A stretch of 64,000 nt of DNA, taken from contig CDMY01000315.1 of NCBI GenBank assembly GCA_001179505.1, positions 61,192-125,191 on the forward strand, in the 5' to 3' direction. This stretch comes from Vitrella brassicaformis CCMP3155 (taxonomy: Eukaryota > Protista > Chromerida). The position numbers and the translations under genes were made by a program. Below the pieces are notes generated by a model. The model did no database searches. It worked only from the letters and a program-made list of their open reading frames with translations, and was not told the DNA's origin. This document shows, one piece after another, positions 42,160-55,404 of this stretch. The stretch's first letter is position 1. The number at the start of each line of letters is the position of its first letter.

Positions 42160-43018
42160 ATGCTGAGTGATCCGGAGATCATCCATTCCGTGGGCCATGA
42201 TGCAGCACACGCAGCATCAGCAGCAGCATCCCTTCACTTATATATTCGCCGGCCGCCGCAGCTTCTATCTCCTAGCATCGGTGACGTGCTGCGTCTGCGA
42301 GGCACATGCACATGGCTCAGAAAGCTCTTCGGAGCGCCTCAGCTGCGGCAGCGGCTCAGCCACTCTCTCACCACACAGGCGGGGCTGCGACGAGAGGCCA
42401 ATGGACGGCCGCCAATGCAGCCGCTGCCCTTTGACGATGAGCAGATGGGTGATCGTGACTTGCTGGCGGCCGTGTGTGTGATCGAGGTGCGCGGCTGGGG
42501 TGAGATCTGCGAGGTGATTGAGCTGGCGGGGCAGTGCAGCTGCTGCCAGCTGCCTTTGAGGCTAACTGCTGATGATCTGCACCAACACACAAACAAGACG
42601 GTAAGCACAAAGGGGAGGGAAAGGGGATGGCTCTCATCGTGTGTGTCGTGCTGCGTTCGTGTATTGTATGTGCAGGCGTGTTTGGCCGAGCCGGGTGTGT
42701 TGGCTCATCTGCTTAAGATGGTCGGCCGCCACATCCACATGGGCAACGGCGTGACCTTCTAGTTGTTCCAGCACGACAATGGGAGGCTGTGGGCCATCAG
42801 AGACGAGAATCACCAGATTGGCTTCGAGTTGCAAGTTGACCCTCCCGCCCGGCCACCTGTACCGGCGACACCGACGGCAGCATGACTCCCCAGCCAACAG
42901 CCGAGTCGAGTATTGTCTGGGTGATGGCTGGGTAGTGGGTGTCGGTCCGGTGACGAATGCGTCGGTATCGTCGTTTGTTAAGAACACCCTCCTCGACCAT
43001 TTTGCGCTCACTCACTAG
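42160..43018 (+). pseudogene. Disrupted member of a lineage-expanded family with an F-box-like N-terminus
   Basis: LLSPSIGDVLRLRGTCTWLRKLF resembles the end of an F-box motif; one intron at 42601-42675. Coding-like sequence continues through an in-frame TAG at 42760-42762 (TF*LFQHDNG) and then switches frame near 42840 (VDPP -> LPPGHLYRRHRRQHD...SVSSFVKNTLLDHF). Confidence 0.65.
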
Positions 43019-43568
43019 AGCAGGACCATTAGCAATAACGTCGACACGTCAGCCAGGATGTGAGGACTCATTCACAACACACATGCATGCACTCGTGTGT
43101 CCGTTCATATGGATGTGTCTGTTTTGTTTTCCTCTGGCTGTCTTTCAGGCATGATGGCAGCGACGATGTGTCTGGTATCGTATCATGATGTTCTGTGTGG
43201 TTACCCTCGTGTGTTTCCTCCCCTCTCCCTCTGTGAGCATTGGATCGCGGTAGGCAATCGAAGAGCGTCAGCCGATGCAAAGGGGTGTTGGTGCTCCAGG
43301 GTTGCTGGCTGGCTCAGAAGCACACAGAGGGAGACATCGACAGACACGCGCCGCTGTGATGGTTCTACCCGACAGACAACTCTGCTTGGTGTATGTGAAG
43401 GACAAGAGATCATGGCCTGTTCGGTCGTGCCGCACGCATGATGTTTGTCTGTGCCGTCTGGCAGTGAATGCCTTCAGTCCCGACATCTTCATCCAACTTA
43501 CGCATTATATATCACACACGAGCTATCTACGTCACAGACACAACCCCCCCCACTCACTCACTCACTCA

Positions 43569-44850
43569 CTACCCGCCCACGTGTAGCACCTCTAACTCAT
43601 CCGCATGAAAACAGACCGAGCCGCCCAGCACGGCATAGACCGTCTCGCTGCCCCACTGCCCCGTATAGCCCGCAGGCAAATTGTGGCTCCAGATGTACTG
43701 ATGGCAGCTGCGGATGTCGGTAGTTGGCCGACCACTGCCACGACCATTGTCACTCAGCCATAGAAGCCCACCGATGACCACACTCGCACCAACCCCACCC
43801 CACGCACTCCCCTCCCTCCCCGCCACTGTCACCCGCTGGTACGTTCCGTCCATCTTGGTGGGCTGGGGAAAGTGGCCGGCCAGCGAGAAATGCCACACAT
43901 GACAGCCGTCCTCGTGGCAGCTGGTGGGGTCGTCGGGTAGCTGGATGCCGGCACTGATGAAGGCGCCGAAGACGTACCTGTCCTTGCGAACGACGAACAC
44001 CAGGCCGGTCTTGTCGCCCACACATCGCAGCAGATCGTCGTAAGTGGTGCCGTCATGCGACGCCCTGATAGACACACACACACAATGACAGATCGGATGG
44101 CCATGTGTGTGTGTGAGTACCTGTAGATGAGTGTGAGTGATGTGTGGCCCCCCAGCCACTTGGCGATGTGCGCCACATACGACAGGCCGACGGAGCTGCC
44201 GCCCCTCGCCCACGCGAACGAAGCCCTGAACGTGTCACCAAGACACAGCGGGACGAAAACCATGCGGATGTCTGTGTGCCGCTTATGTGTCCGTGGGTGT
44301 GAGTGTTTACCTGCAGACGGGGCAGATGTCGCCGGGGTGTCCGTATCTAATGCGCTGCACAACACACTGAAGGAGAGAGAGGACACACAGATGAGTGAGT
44401 GAATGGCTCCACCGCCGTCCATTGCCACACTCACACACAGAGATCGTCCTGGATGCTCACCTCTGCACACACCGAGTGACCTGAAGGGACACAGAGGGCA
44501 CACCACCACCACACCAGTGCCTTAGCCTGTCCGTCAAATGATGTGCTGCTCACCGTCCACTCTCAGTACCTGCCATGACCATCACTGTTGTCCTTCCCAC
44601 ATCGGCAGCTGCACTTGGCCCCCACTGCTGTCGATGGCGACGCTCCGCCAGGGAGGCCGTACTTGCGGTTGTTGATGCACGGCCAGTGGAACTGGTGACC
44701 TGCACCACACACACACAGATCAAACATGCCTTCACTGGATGGATGGATGTGGTGGCTCACTGACTGACCGCATGGCGTCTTGTTGGCGTCGCCCGTAGCC
44801 GACGATGAGCTACCACCAGCAGCAGCAGCGGCAGATGAGGAGGCCGCCAT
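43569..44850 (-). pseudogene. RING-TLDc paralogue A, frameshifted in exon 2
   Basis: Intact TLDc exon (IYR|ASHDGTTYDDLLRCVGD...YVFGAFI...GGSVCFHADELEVLHV) and the same six-exon layout as copy C, but a net +8 nt in exon 2 relative to C produces TGA at 44563-44565. Confidence 0.7.
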
Positions 44851-45160
44851 CACCGAACCAACACGCCTGCAGTGACTGATGAGCCGACAAGACACACACA
44901 GAGAGAGATGCACACAGACAAAGAAGGTCAACGCATTGAGGTGACTGAATGGGTCAGTGAGTGAGTGTGTGGCCTCCCTCTCACCTCTGCTATCTGTCAG
45001 CTCAGCGGCCCGCCATCCCACCACACCAGTCCACAGGGCGGCGGCGGGACGGATGACTCCACTGACCCGCTAAGCCGCTCTCTCGGCCAAATGCGCCACA
45101 CTCTACAACGCACAGCTGTCCACACACAAGGTCGCCACACAACGTCAACTTGTAGGATCC

Positions 45161-45275
45161 AGGGTTTAAACCCTACCCTGTCACCCTCTTCAGCTAGCTG
45201 CCCCACCCCGGGTCGGTCTGCCAATTGGCTCTTGTGAGCCTTGCTCACGGCCCACTGCACGAGATCTGTCTGTCA
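45161..45275. promoter_or_regulatory. Conserved upstream module of the TLDc genes, copy 1 of 5: AGGGTTTAAACCCT palindrome, CCAATTGG, GGCCCACTGCACGAGATCTGTC
   Basis: The same motif order recurs at ~51835, 58768, 60598 (no CCAATTGG) and 63557; 300-420 bp upstream of the ATGs of copies A-D. Regulatory role is inferred. Confidence 0.5.
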
Positions 45276-48200
45276 GCTGTCCCCTCTCTGTCGGCACACA
45301 GGCGGCTGCTGGCGGCACAGGCAGGTGGGCAACTAAGGCGGACGTCATGCACACGGCGGGCGCATGACACGCCGAAATGATGCATGTGCTGTCTGGACGG
45401 TTAGTGCCTGGATCTGTGTGTGGTGTGCTGCAGACGTTGTGCGGTGTGTGAGGCGCAGCGGTGTGACAAAGGAGTGAGGGCACTCCACCAACTGGTACAC
45501 CGAGACAGATGGGCACACAGCGGGACAGGCGGGACTCACACGCACAGACGTCTCCTCTCTCTGTGTGGCGTGTGTCATCTGAAGGGATGCAGGTGGCTGA
45601 CGGCGATGATGTGTGCTGAAGGGAGAGAGATCGGCCGATGAGCCGACGGACGGGCTGACTGAACTGAACTGAATCTCTCACTCTGTCGCCTTTTGGTCGT
45701 ATGTGCGTCGATCTCACTGTGTTGTGTTGTGGGGCTTTGGGTGTCGGTCGGTCTGGCTGCCACTGTCATCTCGCCACGGCCAGCCACTCGTCAGCTGCCA
45801 TGAGTGTGTCGGCCGATGAGTGGAGGGCGGGGGAGAGATGACAGACAGACAGACAGACAGAGAGGGAGGATTGGCTGGCTGCACAACGGAATCGCTGTGT
45901 GGGGTGGCGGTGGCCGTCTGTCTGATGCGGCTCTGTGTGACGATTGCTCGCGAGACTGTGTTGATCTCTCGTCGGTGCATCCGTCACACACGGCCGGCTC
46001 ACAGACAGACAGACCGACACACACACACACTGATCTGCCTGAGAGAGAGAGAGAGAGAGAGATTTTTGGTTTCCCTGTGTGTGTCCTCCCCTCTCTGTGG
46101 GCATCTGTGTATGCGATCGGCAACTTTTGAGCGTCAGCATGTGAAGGGTGTTGGTGCTTTGGGGTTGCCGGGCGGCGACAGAGATGCGCACGGGGGGGCG
46201 GGCGAGGGAATGGACACACACACGACTGCTGACCCATCACACCAAATGAGGCAGTGGATGTGTCCCTTTGCCGACCGTCCTGACGTCGATGTGTGTATGC
46301 CCTCACAGTCGTGTTGGTGGATGGATCGATGTGTTTTGATATTTTGACACACATATGTCGTTGTCGGTTTGGTTCTTCTGTCGTGTGATGTTTGTGTGCT
46401 GGTGAGCTGACTGTCGTCGATGCATTCGACGCACATTTGACGGCCCACACACAGACAGCCACGTATCCTACCTGTTGGCCTGGCCTGTTGTCGGCCGCTG
46501 TGTTCTGTTTGACAACGGTGTGTTTTGTGCGTAGGGGACAGACTGACATAAATGTGGATGGATGGATGGATCTCATGACGTGGTTCTGTGGCTGCGTGGC
46601 GCATTGACCAATGGCTGGGCGGCCGGCTGGGCGGCTGGGTGGGTGGTGCTGACGCGTAAGTGAGAGAGAGAGACGTTGGTTTTGTTTTTTCGTTGGTTGC
46701 CTGTGTGTGTTGGTGTTGGCGGCGTCACCTCGCGCGCAGATAATTTCTTGCCAAATGGCTGTCTGTTGATGTATGTCGATATGAACGCAATGCAAAGATC
46801 TGTTTTGTCTGTGAGGGCCCACCACACACACAGACAGACACCGGCGTGTGGATGTTTCTTTCTGTGCCTCTCTGTCAGTTTGCTGTCACTTCCCTCGTGT
46901 GTCTGTGTGTCATCTGCCTCTTCCTTAGCGAAGGCCATTTGTGTGTTGCTGTCATCGCTCAAATGTGATCGGTGGGGATCGGTGGGATACACACACACAG
47001 ACAGAGAGACAGACAGACGAGAGAGATGGTGCTTCAAATCGGTAATGGTGCGTGCGGCTTCCCTCTTTTTCTCTCATGTCGCATTACACTTGTACGCTCT
47101 GTGCGTCGTCCCCTCTCTCTCTGTGGGCATCTTGTATGTCGTCCAGCAATCTGAGAGCGTCAGCCCACGAAGGGTGTTGGTGCTTTAGGGTTGCCGGGCG
47201 GTGAGGAGATGCGCACAGAGGGGCGGGCGAGGGGGAGGGTATGGACACACGACTGCGAAATGAGGCGATGGAACGGTGTGTTTTGAGATTTCGCCACACA
47301 TATACCGTTGTCGGTGTGACGTTCACCGGAAGGAGAGAGAGATATATGGGACGGCACACAAGTGTGTGAGAGGGGAAGGTCAGTCTCGTTTGGTGTGCCT
47401 GCCGTTCGTTCCGCTGTTTGGCTGCCTGTTGGTGTCAGTCATGGTGCACTCGGCTGTGAGTCATGTGTGTCTGTCTGTCTGTGTGACTGTCTGTGTGACT
47501 GAGTGGTGGGGATGATATGCACTGAAGGGGGAAAGATCGGCCGATGCGCCGACTTCTGCTGGCCAATACGTGCTGACTGCCTGGCCTTAGCTGACATCTC
47601 TCTCTGCCTCTCTCTCCCTTTGTCTCTCTCTCGTGGCCCTTTTGCGTGTGGGTGTCGGTCGTCGACTGACGGACGACAGCAGGGCAACACGAGAGCTCAT
47701 TATGCGGCGGTGTGCGGCGGTCTGATGATGGGCTTTGGTGTCTGCGAGCAATGGTACCCCGAGAGAGACACAGAGAGGGAGGGACACACAGACGGACAGA
47801 GAGGGGCGGCCGATGACGTCTGTGTGTCTGTCTGTCTGTGTGTCAGGTGTGGTTGGTGTGCTGATTCACTCGCTGGAGCAAAGCCACACGACGGCCGAGC
47901 GGCTGCCGGTGTGAGATCGGCCGATGAGTCGACGAGCTGATGTGAGTGAACTGACTGTCTATCTCTCTGCCGCGTGGACGGCATCGATGGACTGACGGCT
48001 GTCGTGTTTGTGAGAGTGTGTTGTGTTGTGGGGCTTTGGGTGTCGGTCGGTCTGGCTGCCATTGTCATTCCTCAGCCCCCTCCCACTCCTCAGCCGTCAG
48101 CTGCCATGAGTGTGTCGGCCGATGAGTGGGGGGCGGGGGAGAGATGACAGACAGACAGACAGACAGGCAGACAGAGAGGGATAATTGGCTGGCTGCACAA

Positions 48201-50089
48201 AGGAATCGCTGTGTGGCGTGGCGGTGGCCGTCTGTCTGTGTGCTGGAGGTTTGGAACGGTTTCTCGCGAGAGTGTGTTGATCTCTCGTCGATGCATCCGT
48301 CACACACGGCCGGCTCACAGACACACAGACCGACACACAAACATGGCTGTCTGGCTGAGAGAGAGAGAGAGAGAGTGTGTGTGTGTGTGTGCGCGTGTGT
48401 GTTTTGGTTTCCCTCGTGTGTGTCCTCCCCATCCCCTCTGTGGGCATCTTGGACACCGGTGGGCAACAAGAGAGCGTCAGCCCACGAAGGGTGTTGGTGC
48501 TTTTGGGTTGCCGGGCGGTGACAGAGATGCGCACAGAGGGGCGGGCGAGGGAATGAATGGACACAGACGCACACAGAGAGAGATCGAGATCTGTTTCTTT
48601 GTTTGCCTGCCTGACTGTCTGTCTGTCTGTCTGTGTGCATTGCACGAACGTACGCTTCCTTTTGTGGCCCGTTGACCGACACAAGCGTCTGTCGTGCCTG
48701 CGTGTGTCGGTGTGCTGGCTGTCATCGGCGAGATGGACACCTGACACACAGTGAGTGTTGATCATCGCTCTCTGTGTTTGGTGGCCATCGACCGGCTGAC
48801 AGACACACACAGACACACACACACACTCAACTGCCTTGGGTGCATAGCTGCACGCTGACGGTGTTGTTTCTTACTGCATGATGCCCCTGCTGTGTATACA
48901 TATCACTCGCTGTCTGTTGGACGCATAGAGGTCTGTATGTGTATATGTGTATATACCTTTCGTGTGTATGGGTACGGTTCGTGTCATTATTGACGGACGT
49001 GACTGGCTGAACTGTTGACAAGGTCAGCTTGACCGATATTCATTGAGATGAACCATTGATGTAGACACACACGCAGGAGATGCCTTTACAGGAAACTGCC
49101 GCACATGAACGAGGGAATGGACGGACACAGAGAGAGAGAGAGAGAGAGAGATGGGATTGAGACGCTTGTTTGATGCTGCCTGCCTGCGTGTGTCGGTGTG
49201 TTGGCTGTCGTCAGCGAGATGGACACCATACACACACATTGTGTGTTGATCATCGCTCTCTGTGTGTGGTGGCCGTCGACCGGCTGACATACACACACAC
49301 ACACACACACAAAGGAGTGGCCAGGCCACTCGTCGGTGGGCAGACTATACCATTGCCGGCCAAGTGATTAATGGCAGTCAATGCGCTCACCTGACTGACG
49401 CCCACAACTCGGCCCATCCGGCCGTCCAGCAGCGCCATAGCTAAGGCGGCCCCACTGCACTGCGTCGGTCTCACATCAGTGCCTAAGCCGATCGCCGGCT
49501 GAGAAATGGCCAATGACAGACAGAGGAACGATCTCATATGCGTCTGTGCGTGGGGGTGAGAGAGACATCCACCGCTGTCGCGTGGGCCTGCTTGTCTGTC
49601 TGTCTGTCTGTCTGTCTCCGTTATTGTGTGCTCTGCTGGGCTGGCCGTGTGTGTGGCCGTCTTGGGGTTTGTTTGGTTCGTTTCGGTGTGTCTGTCTGTG
49701 TGTGGGGCATGCAGACGGACAGGGAGGAAGAGAGAAAATGGCGTGGCCATTAATTAGCTGAACACACACAGAGGGATCAACACGGCAGATGCAGCAGGTG
49801 CATTGAGTCGATCATCTAAGTGAGTCAGTCTCTTTGGGTCTCAGAAGCGATGGAAGGGATATGTACAATGAGCTGTGCGGACAGACAGCTCGTGGGTCAT
49901 ATGCACACACACACACACATCCAAAGAGCCCTCCTGCACATGGGAATGTCTGTGCAGCGTGGGATGGGGAGAAGAGAGCAATCAGATGACAGCACCTCAC
50001 ACACATAGAGACACATCCTCCCCCTCCCTCTGTCACTGACCTGCCGTGCCCCGCCCACGTCGAGAAGCGGATGCACCCCAAACAGACAC

Positions 50090-50603
50090 TCACTGCCCAC
50101 CCACGTGCAGCACCTCTATCTCATCCGCTCGGAATCGAAAAGACCCGCCCAGCACTGCATGGCCATCGCTATCCCTCAGCCCCACATAGCCCGCAGGCAA
50201 ATTGTCGCTCCGCGTGAACTGATAGCAGCTGCGGATGTCGACAGCCGGCCAGCCGTGGCCAAGACCGTCACCCAAACACAGAAGACCACCGATCACCACA
50301 TTCCCACCACCCACACTCCCCTCCCTCCCCGCCACTATCACATACTGCATCTCTCGGCTGATCTCGATCTTGGTCGGCTGGGCGAAGTGACCGGCCAGGG
50401 AGAAAAGCCACACGTCACAGTAGTACACATTGGTGTCAGTCGGGTCGTCGGGCAGTCGGATGCCGGCATTGATGAAGGCGCCGAAGGCGTATTGGTTCTT
50501 GCGGATGATGAAGGCCAGGCTGGTCTTGTCGCCCACATACCGCAGCAAATCGTCGTAGGTTGTGCCGTCACGCGACGCCCTGATGAACACACACAAACAC
50601 ACA

Positions 50604-50639
<36 letters not shown>

Positions 50640-51419
50640 AACAAAAAAAGAGAAAACCGAATTCACCATCATTTTCACATGGATGGATAGTGTGAGTGAG
50701 TGTGTGTGTCTGTGTCGGCTGCATACATACCGGTAGATGGACTGCAGCTTCATGGTGTGGTCGCCCAGCAGCCCCAGCAGGTCGTAGTACTCCTGCCGTG
50801 TCAGCGAAGTGCCCTCCGGCGGACTCACCTGACCAGCCACACACACACATATGCGACGATGGCTGCCGAAGTCATGGCGTCTGTCAGATTGTTCGCACCG
50901 TCTGCATGCGAATCGCCAGCAGCGACGCCATGGCCTCTCGCCGGCCGTGGTTGGGGCGGACGTCCGCCTCCGCAGTCTCCTCCCTGATCGACCGATGGAC
51001 ACACAAAGGAGGGGGAAGCCATGAGGCCATTCACACCCATATATGTGTCGCCTCCATGTCTGAGTGTACCTGCAGATGGCGCACTTGGCAGCACGAAGGC
51101 CGTAGGGGTGATGGCGGATGAGCCCTCTGACGCACTGCAGACACACACATGGCGTGCCATTGTCGCCAACACCCTCTCCAGTGCCCACTCGCTCACCGCC
51201 GCACAGAAGGAATGACCTGAGCAAACAGAAACCGCCAAACACACCACACGGAGCCACACTGATCATCGTGTTGGCCTTGTGTGCGGTGTGTGTGCATTGA
51301 TCACCGCATCTGAGCTGGTCGGGTGCTTTGTCGCCATGCGATTGGTAGTCGTCATCACACACACTGCACTTGGGCATACTAACACCACCACCACCAGCAC
51401 CAGCAGCAGAGGCCGCCAT
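50090..51419 (-). CDS. RING-HC (C3HC4) + TLDc protein, paralogue B; linker exon appears one base out of frame
   Basis: Exons 51419-51305, 51216-51197 and 51134-51070 give C-SV-C-x16-C-G-H-SF-C-AA-C-x16-C-AI-C. Exons 50828-~50730 and 50579-50090 give the TLDc domain (YRASRDG...YAFGAFI...GGSFRFRADEIEVL). Exon 50984-50899 is 86 nt where 85 would keep frame. Confidence 0.75.
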
Positions 51420-53380
51420 TGCGATGCGGGACCAAGCTGCACGAACCAAACACACACACACAGGCATCAATCCAAGCCGCGGTGGATGAATGAATGGGTC
51501 CATTGAATCATCTCACCTGCAGCTGATGTGCCCTCCGTATCTGAGCTATCGCCTCGGTCAGTCAGCTATGCCCATCCATCGGTGCGCCTGAGATCTGCAG
51601 TCATTGCAGAGCCAGTGTGTGCGGCCGAGAGTGTCTGCAGCCCTCACCTGGCCTGATGCAGTGGAACCCTCCTGGCTCAGCGGCCCGCCATCCCACCACA
51701 CCAGTCGACAGGGCGGCGGTGGGACGGATGACTCCACTGATCCGCTAAGCCGTTCTCCCAGCCGAATGCGCCACACTCACAATGCGCAGCCGTCCGAAAG
51801 GCACACAAAAGGCCGCCGAAATCTCGTAGGGTTAAGGGTTTAAACCCTACCCTGTCCCCCACCGGCGCCGCCCTGCCCCACCCCGGGTCGGTCTGCCAAT
51901 TGGCTCCTTGTCAGCCTTACTAACGGCCCACTGCACGAGATCTGTCAGCTGTCCCCTCTCTCTCTCGGCACACAGGCGGCTGCTGGCGGCACAGGCAGGT
52001 GCGTAATTAAGGCGGACGTCCTGGACACGGCGGGCGCGTGACACGCCGAAATGATGCATGTGCTTTCTTGACGGGTGGTGCCTGGATCTGTGTGTGGTGT
52101 GCTGCAGACGTCGTGTGGTGTGTGAGGTGCAGCGGTGTGACAGAGGAGTGAGGGCACTCCACCAACTGGTACGCACAGACAGATGGGCACACAGCGGGAC
52201 AGGCAGGACTCACACGCACAGATGTCTCCTCTCTCTGTGTGGCGTGTGTCATCTGAACGGATGCAGGTGGCTGACGGCGATGATGTGTGCTGAAGGGAGA
52301 GAGATCGGCCGATGAGCCGACGGACGGGCTGACTGAACTGAACTGAATCTCTCACTGTGTCGCCTTTTGGTCGTATGTGCGTCGATCTCACTGTGTTGTG
52401 TTGTGGGGCTTTGTGTGTCGGTCGGTCTGGCTGCCATTGTCATGACGCCTCCAACAGCCACTCATCAGCCGTCAGCTGCCGTGAGTGTGTCGGCTGGTGA
52501 GTGGGGGGCGGGGGAGAGATGACAGACAGACAGACAGACAGAGAGGGAGGATTGGCTGGCTGGCTGCACAAAGGAATCGCTGTGTGAGGTGGCGGTGGCC
52601 GTCTGTCTGTGGTGTGGCTTTGTGGGACGGCTGCTCGCGAGAGTGTGTTGATCTCTCGTCGATGCATCCGTCACACACGGCCGGCACACAGACAGACAGA
52701 CCGATACACACACACACTGATCTGCCTGGCTGAGAGAGAGAGAGAGAGTTTTGGTTTTCCTCGTGTGTGTCCTCCCCTCTCTCTCTGTGGGCATCTTTGA
52801 TGCCGGCTGGTAACTGGAGAGCGTCAGCCCATGAAGGGTGTTGGTGCTTTAGGGTTGCCGGGCGGTGACAGAGATGCGCACAGAGGGGCGGGCGAGGGAA
52901 TGAATGGACACACACACACACAGAGGAATGCATTTATCTGTCTGTATGTTATCTTTACTGATTCATGTGAGGCTTTCCATTTCACTACTCGATCCGCACA
53001 CACACACATTAATGAGTGGGTGCCTGTCTGTCTGTCTGTGTGCATTATTCGCACGTACGCCTCCTTTTGTGGCCCGTTGACCGACACAGGCGTGTGTGTG
53101 TCGTGCCTGCGTGTGTCGGTGTGCTGACTGTTGCCTCCTGAGTGGTCAGCACACACATTGAGTGTTGATCATCGCTCGCTGTGTGCGGTGGCCATCGAGC
53201 GGCTGACGGACAGACACACACACACACTTAAGTGCTTTTGGCGTGTTGACTTGTTCGACATCATGCCTTGGGTGCATAGCTGCACGCTGACGGTGTTGTT
53301 TCCTTACTGCATGCTGCCGCCATGATGGCTGTGCTGTGTATACGTATCTTTCTTTCACGTCACTCGCTGTCTGTTTGACA

Positions 53381-53680
53381 NNNNNNNNNNNNNNNNNNNN
53401 NNNNNNNNNNNNNNNNNNNNNNNNNNNNNNNNNNNNNNNNNNNNNNNNNNNNNNNNNNNNNNNNNNNNNNNNNNNNNNNNNNNNNNNNNNNNNNNNNNNN
53501 NNNNNNNNNNNNNNNNNNNNNNNNNNNNNNNNNNNNNNNNNNNNNNNNNNNNNNNNNNNNNNNNNNNNNNNNNNNNNNNNNNNNNNNNNNNNNNNNNNNN
53601 NNNNNNNNNNNNNNNNNNNNNNNNNNNNNNNNNNNNNNNNNNNNNNNNNNNNNNNNNNNNNNNNNNNNNNNNNNNNNNNN
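53381..53680. other. Assembly gap (300 N)
   Basis: Run of N. Confidence 1.
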
Positions 53681-55104
53681 ACGTCGTGTGGTGTGTGAGG
53701 TGCAGCGGTGTGACAGAGGAGTGAGGGCACTCCACCAACTGGTACGCACAGACAGATGGGCACACAGCGGGACAGGCAGGACTCACACGCACAGATGTCT
53801 CCTCTCTCTGTGTGGCGTGTGTCATCTGAACGGATGCAGGTGGCTGACGGCGATGATGTGTGCTGAAGGGAGAGAGATCGGCCGATGAGCCGACGGACGG
53901 GCTGACTGAACTGAACTGAATCTCTCACTGTGTCGCCTTTTGGTCGTATGTGCGTCGATCTCACTGTGTTGTGTTGTGGGGCTTTGTGTGTCGGTCGGTC
54001 TGGCTGCCATTGTCATGACGCCTCCAACAGCCACTCATCAGCCGTCAGCTGCCGTGAGTGTGTCGGCTGGTGAGTGGGGGGCGGGGGAGAGATGACAGAC
54101 AGACAGACAGACAGAGAGGGAGGATTGGCTGGCTGGCTGCACAAAGGAATCGCTGTGTGGGGTGGCGGTGGCCGTCTGTCTGTCAAGCAGTCGTGTGGAA
54201 CGGTTTCTCGCGAGAGTGTGTTGATCTCTCGTCGGTGCATCCGTCACACACGGCCGGCTGACAGACAGACAGACCGACACACACACACACTGATCTGCCT
54301 GAGAGGGAGAGGGAGAGAGAGAGAGAGAGTTCTGGCTTTTCCTATGTGTGTCCTCCCCTCTCCCTCTGTGTGGGCATCTCCAGCTTCGTCCGGCTACCTC
54401 AGAGCGTCAGCCCATGAAGGGTGTTGGTGCTTTAGGGTTGCCGGGCGGTGACAGAGATGCGCACAGAGGGGCGGGCGAGGGAATGAATGGACACACACAC
54501 GACTGCTGACCCATCACACACACACGGCAGTAGCTATTTGGGCCGCATAGCTGCACGCTGATGGTGTCGTGTGGCGAGAAGGGGTGTGGCTGCCGCCATG
54601 ATGGCCCTGCTGTGTACACCTTGTCGCTCTGTCACTCGCTGTCTGTTGGACACATAGAGGTCTGTGTGTACGGTTCGTGTCTTGTACAGTGATGCTGCTG
54701 CTGCTGCTGTGGTGCTGTCTGTCTGTGTGTTGGTGATGTCACTGGTGCGGCTGTATTTTTCGCCATTTGAGCTCAAGTGCGGGCTGGTGCTGTGTGCAAG
54801 AGAGGAGAGGAGGGGATAGGGGTGTCTCCCCTGTCTGATGCAGTGGCTGCCTTCCCTCTCTGTCTGCACGCCCGCCCTTCCACAATGCCACACACAGATC
54901 GGTCGGTCCATCCACCCACCAGCCATTCACTCGTTCATTCTTTCGCCCACAAACACACGTGACTCGGTCGAATCGATCGCCCGTCCGTCGTTGAGTTCTA
55001 GGGTGTCTGTCTGTGTCTTTTTGGTGCTCCATTGCCATAGCTGTCATATGAATGATCGAGATCGCCTCCTACTCGTTTGGATGGACACCCACACCCACAC
55101 CCCC

Positions 55105-55404
55105 NNNNNNNNNNNNNNNNNNNNNNNNNNNNNNNNNNNNNNNNNNNNNNNNNNNNNNNNNNNNNNNNNNNNNNNNNNNNNNNNNNNNNNNNNNNNNNNN
55201 NNNNNNNNNNNNNNNNNNNNNNNNNNNNNNNNNNNNNNNNNNNNNNNNNNNNNNNNNNNNNNNNNNNNNNNNNNNNNNNNNNNNNNNNNNNNNNNNNNNN
55301 NNNNNNNNNNNNNNNNNNNNNNNNNNNNNNNNNNNNNNNNNNNNNNNNNNNNNNNNNNNNNNNNNNNNNNNNNNNNNNNNNNNNNNNNNNNNNNNNNNNN
55401 NNNN
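55105..55404. other. Assembly gap (300 N)
   Basis: Run of N. Confidence 1.

Noticed and set aside
49290-49520. Coding-looking ORF in the 3' flank of TLDc copies B and C (PAIGLGTDVRP...; second copy ~56370-56600)
   Set aside because: Differences between the two copies are mostly amino-acid changing, and no start or splice chain was found; treated as duplicated non-coding flank.
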